DNA from: Rhizaria sp. SCN 62-66
Taxonomy: Eukaryota
DNA: 64,000 nt
Direction of reading: 5' to 3'
Assembly (NCBI GenBank): GCA_001724265.1
Contig: MEDY01000007.1
Coordinates: 1 to 64,000 of the forward strand
How positions within the stretch are numbered: the stretch's first letter is position 1; every line of letters begins with the position of its first letter. The translations under genes were made by a program, and so were the position numbers. The notes below the pieces were generated by a model. The model did not search any database. It was given only the letters and a program-made list of their open reading frames with translations, and was not told where the DNA came from. Below, in pieces: positions 57,309 to 64,000 of the stretch.

Positions 57309-58214
57309 TTAGAGTTCGCTCTTGTCCGCACCGGCCTCGGCCGCGAGCTTGGCGGCGTGCTCGGCCAGGAACGCGGCCTCTTCCTCGGCCTCAATCCTGG
57401 CGCGCTCCTCGTGGCGGCGGGTCGCCTCGGCGGCCTCCTCTGCGTCCTTCTTCTCTTTCTCGATCACGAATGCGGCAAACTCCTCGGCGGCCTTGGCGCG
57501 CTCGGCCTCGGTCGGCACGGGCGCGCTGGGGTCCGCCAGCACCGAGTCCATGTCGAAGGGGCGGTTCGACGGGCGGTCGTCGTCCGACTCGTTGATCTCA
57601 GGGACGACGCCCTCGATCGGGTCGGCGACCTTGGTGGCGCCAAACTTGGCAAAGAGCTCGGTGATCTCCTCCGCAGTCGTCGCAGAGGAGAGCGGGACGG
57701 TCACAACGGACTTCTTGGGGTCGTAGTAGGTCGGGTCGGTGCGGAGGTTAGCGAGGCGCGCGAGCATGTTCTCCACTGTCATCACCTTAGGGTCGATGAC
57801 GTGGTTCGCGCGGTCCTCGGCAGACTCGAAGAAGAGAATGCGGGGGAAGCCGCCGACGAGGTTGATGGTGAGGTTGTCGTAGAACGCGGCCGACTCGCGG
57901 ATGAAGGAGCGGGCGCCGACGAACTTCTTGCGGAGCTGGCACGAGTTTTCGGCCAGGAAGAGCACGTAGGGGTGCGGCGACGACGGGGCCGCAACGGCGA
58001 CAACGGTCTCGGGCGCAACGGGGTCGACGAAGTCGTCTTCAATGTCGGGCATCGCGCCCTGGAACGGGTCCGCGTTGAGCACGGCGTTGGACATGCCGTC
58101 AGTGCCGGCGGCTGCGGCGAGGTCGGAGGCCGTCGCGACGGAGCCGACGGTGGCGAGCACGGCCGCGAACGCGAAGGCGCAGAGGGCCAGGAGCAGGGTG
58201 CGGGAGAGACGCAT
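57309..58214 (-). CDS. Sep15/SelM-family ER thioredoxin-like protein, Cys form, C-terminal KSEL
   Basis: Signal peptide MRLSRTLLLALCAFAFAAVLA. Core SCQLRKKFVGARSFIRESAAFYDNLTINLVGGFPRILFF..VPLSSATTAEEITELFAKFG resembles the SelM pattern UQLN.L..VK.F......Y.NL......G..P.L. KDEL-like end. Confidence 0.72.
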   Translation of the reverse strand: MRLSRTLLLALCAFAFAAVLATVGSVATASDLAAAAGTDGMSNAVLNADPFQGAMPDIEDDFVDPVAPETVVAVAAPSSPHPYVLFLAENSCQLRKKFVGARSFIRESAAFYDNLTINLVGGFPRILFFESAEDRANHVIDPKVMTVENMLARLANLRTDPTYYDPKKSVVTVPLSSATTAEEITELFAKFGATKVADPIEGVVPEINESDDDRPSNRPFDMDSVLADPSAPVPTEAERAKAAEEFAAFVIEKEKKDAEEAAEATRRHEERARIEAEEEAAFLAEHAAKLAAEAGADKSEL

Positions 58215-59061
58215 GAAAGCTTTACTCTGTGCGAGAGGGAAATCAGGCGAATGCAGCGTCGACATGAAGAAGTGGGTAAGACAGGGGGCAGAGATGGAGT
58301 GGGCACGTTCGCGAAACTGGGAGAAAACCAGGGTTCAAATCCGCCCGAAATGCACATGAAAACTGATAGAATACGCAATATCTAAAATAAATACATAATC
58401 TATGAAGCACTTATAATAAGAATTCTATCGCTTCACCGCTATACGGATCGATTTTAGCAACGCGAGCATGGCTTTTAGTTAACCATCGAAGGCTCCCGGC
58501 GTTCGAGCTTCGAGCGACGTGTCTTGTGGCTCGAGGCGTGACTCAGCCTCTGTCCAGCCACAAACGCGTTTTGGAGTGAAACGCCGCACTAAACAAAGGA
58601 TATCTCGACAATATAGATGTAAACGCAAATTAAATTTGGATATAATATGTGACATAAAAGAACATATAATATATCATGCTATCTGATCCGCCGGCATTTG
58701 TTACAAGTCGGTATATTCGCATATATGGCTGAAATGCCGGTTTTGCTGTGGGCAGGTGCGATCGGACCCGTTTTCGCGCGGTCCCTTTGGTCCGGCGAGC
58801 TGCTCTCTCACTCAGTCTCACCCTCTCCATCCGCAGTCTCTGGGCGGGAGCTAGCATCCGTCTGTGCGAATGAAATCGTATTTCTGACATTGATTTCGTG
58901 ATTTCAGCCCGGGGAATATATCCCCACATATTTTTCAGCTGATCTGTTGCCACGGAATCACCCCAACGAAAGTCGTCTTTATCGCCCTTCCCGCGCGCTG
59001 CCCTCCTCGCTATCTCATCACCCTCGCTCTCCACCCTACTTTCCCACCGCAGCTCTGCCTC

Positions 59062-62000
59062 ATGTCCTTTGACTCTGGGGCAGGCGCTGCGCTTCCCAGC
59101 GCCCCTCTTACTTCCCCTACCCTCATGACCGACTCGCAGAGCTCTGGCGCACCTGCTAGAGTCACTGCTCATGGCGGCAGTGGTGTCCCGACCAACAACA
59201 GCGATAGTCGCGGCGTTGTCTCATTCTCTCTCAACTCATCAGGCGCTGCCCCCCCGGTTGGTCCCTTTGCCGCCGGCACGTTTGCGTCCATGGAGGCTGC
59301 CAGCATCGGTCAGACTGCCTCGCTGTCTGATGCCACTGCTGCTGCCGCTGCTGCTGCGGCTGCCGCTGCGTCCTCGTCATCCTCATCGTCATTGTTACAG
59401 CAGAGCGCGCCGCTCCGGCTGGTGATGACCGACTCATCCGCCCCTGCCGCTGCTGCTTCGGCATCCGCGCCTGCGCCCGTACGTTCACAAACAGGCATCA
59501 CCTGACAAAGCATATCTACCATGACAGAGTCAACTCTTCTTTGACGAGTTCAAAGAGTGTTTTCACACATTCTATTTCATTTCGCACGCGTATTCCTCAC
59601 AGCAACCCAATCTACCATATCTCATATTCTCTTTCCGCATATGCTACGCATATGCTATGCTTTTTCTTTGTTTTTCTCGTTCGCTTCGCCAGGCCGCACC
59701 GAAGCGGCCGCGCGCCAAGAAGGTCCGCAGCGCGGCTTCGCTGTGGTACGTGCGTCCGTTCCCCTTCTCGCACCCCGCACCGCCGCTGTCGACCGAGGCC
59801 GTGCGCACAGCGGAGCAGCTGCAGCAGTGGGCGGCCTGGGTGCAGCCGATGTGGCGCTCCATCCGCGCCGCCTCGCTGCTGGAGCGCGGCCTTGTGCTCG
59901 GCGGGGCCGGCGCCGGCGTCGGCTCCGCGGGCGCCGCTGGCCAGGCCGCGGGCGCGCACGGCGGCGCCAAGGGCGCGGGCACCAAGCGCGGCCGCGCCGG
60001 CACCCACGCTGCGGGCGCGGGCACCGAAGATGGCGACGGCGCGGGCGCGGGCGCTGGAGGCGCCGCCGCGGGCCCCGGCCGCGGGCGCGGGCGGCGCGGC
60101 GCGGCGGGCAAGAGCGGCGACGGTGACGCGGCCGGCGCGGGCGGCGGCGGCGCCGTGGACGACTTCTCGCTGCCGCTGTGGTACAAGGCGCGGCCACCGA
60201 CCGGCAGCGCGGCGCTGTTTAACCGCCAGGTCGCAGTGTACGCACACATCCCCGTGCTGCTGATGACGTGGGACGTCTTCGTGCGCTTCGGGCCGCGCTT
60301 CCTCGACTCTAACCAGGTGCGTCGCATCACAAACGAGCTGAATAACACATTTAATGTCATATCTATTCTACTTACTCACACCCTTTTTTTTCTGTGTTGT
60401 GTACTGTTAATATTTAATATCATCGTCTGTTTAGGAGTTGCCGGCGCATTACTTCGCCTTTGACCGCCTCGTCGAGGCCTTTTACCAATTCCCGCGCACG
60501 CACCTGCTGGACCTCGTCTTCACCACGCTGCTGCGGCTTACCTTCAAGGAGCCCCCCAAGCGCTCGGGCAAGAAGGCCCAGGCCGCGCGCGAGGCACGCG
60601 AGGCCGCCGCGGCCGCCAGCGCAAAGGCCGCCGCTGAGGCCGAGGTGGCGGCGGAGGCTGACGCCAAGAACAAGGCTCTTGGCGGCGGCCGCATCCGGCG
60701 CGCCGCCGCGGCCGCCGCCGAGGCCGCCGCAGCTGCCGCTGCCGCCGCCGCCGCTGCGGCCGCTGCGGGCGGCGACGATGACGACGGCGATGACGACGAC
60801 AACGACGACGACGGCGACGGCGACGCTGACGCCGACACTGACGCCGCGGCCGGCTCCGACGCCCGCGCCCATGTCAACGCGGCCGCCTCGGTGACCGTGC
60901 TGAGCTGGCAAGAGGTGCTTCGCCGCAAGCTGGTCGAGGGTCGCCGGGCCAAGTTCCGCCTGCCGACTGTGCGCGCGCAGGCGAGCGGCGACGTGGAGCG
61001 CACTGAGGGCATGATGACGCTCGACGGCGCGTTCGACTCGTTCGCTGACGTCACGGCCCTGCTCGCCGTGGGTGACTTCTACCAGCTGCCGATCGCGCGC
61101 CGGCTCGACGTGCTGCGCGTCGTGCTTCGCTGGGCGCTCACCTCGCGCTTCATGCGCGGGACCATGGACGTCGCCGTCGACACGCAGGAGGACGCGCGGT
61201 ACGTTAGCAACATACGCAAAAAAAAAAAACACCTGTTGCATGTTGCATCTTATGTTTATTGTTGTTTATTTTTGTTTTCGTTTGCTCGCTCACTCTTTCA
61301 AACTCTTTGATCCTGACTTTTCTTTCGCTCTCAGCAAGCTCGCGTGGCGCCAGCGCACCGACGCCAACGCGGCGAACAAGGCCACCGCGCGCGAGATGGC
61401 CAAGGTGGCTCCCGTGCTTGTCGACATGGTCGACTGGGTCGCGTCCCACGTCGAGAACACCCCACTGACCCTGCCCACGGAGGCTGTCGCCGCCGTCGCC
61501 GCCACCGCGACCGCCGCGACCGAGGCCGCCGCCGCGGTTGACGCGGCTGTGGCCAACTCTGCCGTCGCCACGGCCGCCGCCGAGGCTGCCACCGCGGCCG
61601 CCGCGAAGGCTGCCACCGAGGGCGACGCCGCTGTCGCCGCCGCCGCCCCCGTCACGGCCGCCGCCGCCGCCGCTGCCTCCGCCGCCGCCGCGCATCAGAA
61701 GGCCGCGCGCGACGCCGCCGCCGCCGCCTCTGCGCTGGCCGCCGCGACCGCCGCGGCGCCCATGCACCCATACACGACGCCCCCCTTAGACCCCGCCGAG
61801 TGGGTGCCTCGCCTCCCGGCCGAGCCCGTGTCCGTGCCCGGCGCCGCCGCGGCGGTGACGCCCGCGCTCGCGACCCGCGCCGCCACTGCGGCGCGCTGGG
61901 CCGAGGCCGGCGCGAGCGCGATGACCGCGGCCGAGGCCGTGGCGGCGGCGGCGCGCGACGCGGCGCTCGAGGCCGTGCTGCGGCGTAACACTACCAAGGC

Positions 62001-64000
62001 CGTCATGCTCGGCTTCGATCGCTTTTTCACGCGCTACTGGATGCTCGGCGTGCCCGGCGGCCCCACGCTGCTCGCGGCGGAGCGCAACCCGCACCCGCTG
62101 GCCGCCACGGTCGCGCTTCCCGTCGAGCCCCCCGCGCCCGCCACCGCCACCGCCGCTGCCGCCGCGGCTGCTGCCGGGGCAAGTGGGCTGACGACGCCGG
62201 TCGGCACAGCCGCCGCACCGGCCGGCGCGGCGGGCACAGGCATCTCGGCCACCGACGCCGCGGCCCCCGCCGCCGCGCCGGCGGGCCCTGTCGCGCTGAC
62301 CGGCGCCGACGAGGCCGCCGTGCGCGCGACCCTCGCCGCGCCGGTGCCGCTGAAACAGCACTGGACTCTGTACAACGACGAGAACGACGTCAAGACGCTG
62401 CTGGCTAGTCTATCGACCGTGGGCACGCACGAGGTCGCGCTCCGGACCGCGATTGAGCACGCCATCAAGGACTGCAACACGCAGGCCGCGAACAGCGGGA
62501 ACGGGGACAGCGCGGGCGCGGTGGCAATGAGCGACGACGCCGACGCCGCTACCGCGAGCGCGAGCGCGAGTGCGACTGCTGCTCCTGCTGCTGCTGCTGC
62601 TGCTGCTGTGTGCGTCCCGTTCACGATCGCGCTCCCGCTGCCCCCCGGCGCCCCCATCGCCTTAACCCCGGCCTCGTCCGCAAGTGGGAGCGCGGATGGG
62701 CACACGGCGGGGGACGTCGCGACCGTGGACGTGGGCGGCGTGCCCGTGGCCGCGCCGTTCCCCGTCGCCGCCGCCATGACCGACATCGAGGCGTTTAGCT
62801 TCGAAACGATGGCCAAAGTCCTGCGCTCGACTCTGCGCGCCGCCGTGTTCTCTCCGCTTACGAGCTCTGCGGCGACCGACGGCAGTGACGACACCGCCTC
62901 TGCGTCCGCTGCTGCCTCTGCCGCTGCCCCTGCTGCTGCGGCGGCGGACGGCGTGAACGCCATCTGCACCGAACCCAGCGCGGCGGTCTGCAACGGGTGG
63001 CACCTGTGCCACGTCTGCGTCGCCCCGGTGCACGCCGCGAGCCAAGAGGCCTTTGCCGCCAGCCAGTCCGCCTCGGTTCGCACTGAGCAGCTGCAGCAGT
63101 GGCACTGCGGCGCGTGCCACACCACGCTCTTTGGCGTGACCGCAGTCGAGGCCGCCGCGCACCGCGGCGCTTGCGACGGGCAGCCCTCAGCGGAGGCCGC
63201 ATCGGGGCTGGATGTGCTTTCGGGGTCGGACTCCGAAGACAAGAAGGCGGGTTCTGACGCCGACGAGAGCGTCGGCAAGGACGGCAAGAAGGTCGCTGCG
63301 AGCGACGCCAAAGAGGTCAAGATCGAGCCCAAGGACACTGATGTCAAGCTTGAGATTCCCGCTGGTGACAAGATCGGTACCGATGCTCTCGCTGCCGATG
63401 TCACCAAGATCAAGACTGAGAACCAGGCGATGACCGACGCGGACTCTGAGAGCAGCAATAGCGCCACCGCGGACCCCAGTGCGAGCGCGTGTGCCGACGC
63501 GGCGCTTCTGTCCGTCTCCGAGTCCCCGAAGACAGACTCCGACAAGGACGACAGCAAGGACGCTACCGACGCGAAGGCCGACAAGAGCAAGAGCAAGAGC
63601 AGCGACGACGACGACGATAGCGACGACGACAGCGACGCGGAAGAAGAGGATGACGAGCGCGAGTGGGAGGGCCAGATGGCTGAGCAGGAGACGCGTGAGT
63701 TCGCCCGCCACCAGTGGCGCGCCACCGCCGACGCCGCCTCGCTGGCGGCGACCAGCGCAGAGTTCCGCGCGCTCAAGGCGAGTCTGTTCATCATCGAGTC
63801 GGCGCTGCCGGCCGAGGCGTTCCGGCTCCCCGGCTGCAAAGAGGAGAGTCTGGACGACATCGTGGCCGCCGCGGCCGCGTTGACGATGACCAGCGACGAG
63901 CAGGACGGCGACGGTGACGGCGACGACGACGAGCTCATCGACGACGACGACGATGAGAGCGCCGACAGCGAGGACGACGACGACGACGACGACGACGACG
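59062..64000 (+). CDS. DDT-WHIM1/2/3 domain chromatin protein (ISWI-partner, BAZ/ACF1/RLT-like), at least 4 exons, 3' partial
   Basis: Exons 59062-59478, 59693-60316, 60435-61198 and 61335->64000. NLS-like PKRPRAKK; DDT LLMTWDVFVRF..FAFDRLVEAF..LLDLVFTTLLRL; WHIM1 FYQLPIARRLDVLRVV; WHIM2 LGFDRFFTRYW; WHIM3 WTLYNDENDVKTLLASL..GTHEVAL; Cys/His cluster; LKASLFIIESALP. The last exon is absent from the ORF track because it has no stop in the window. Confidence 0.82.

Noticed and set aside
58332-58342. GGTTCAAATCC resembling a tRNA T-loop/B-box
   Set aside because: No pairing T-stem, acceptor stem or cloverleaf around it.
62034-63938. 634-aa minus-strand ORF and many other long overlapping ORFs (e.g. 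20690-22678, 15169-16722, 6616-7815)
   Set aside because: Antisense or off-frame shadows of GC-rich genes; the recognisable motifs are in the other frame or strand.

Overview
Gene-dense eukaryotic (protist-type) nuclear DNA: GC-rich coding exons separated by AT-rich intergenic regions and short GT-AG introns (about 95-240 nt, mostly GTACGT donors). I reconstructed 17 protein-coding loci: a partial CDS end, UMP-CMP kinase, SelO, two papain-family proteases (plus an inverted remnant), SMC4, an ER-targeted HMW1C/NGT-like GT41 glycosyltransferase, NAC-alpha, an SH3-DHR1-DHR2 DOCK GEF, an LMBR1-family membrane protein, GOT1, a C2/coiled-coil protein, a tandem F-box-like/DQGWG-domain gene with an in-frame TAG, a giant CLASP/TOG-like protein, a TM-PH protein, a SelM/Sep15-family protein and a partial DDT-WHIM chromatin protein. 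Main leads: (1) a bacterial-type HMW1C-like glycosyltransferase with a signal peptide and C-terminal RDEL; (2) splice acceptors just upstream of almost every start codon, without the dominant donor motif upstream, suggesting spliced-leader trans-splicing; (3) two selenoprotein families both in Cys form; (4) no TAG among 16 stops and one in-frame TAG. All family assignments come from motif recognition by eye; no searches were run.
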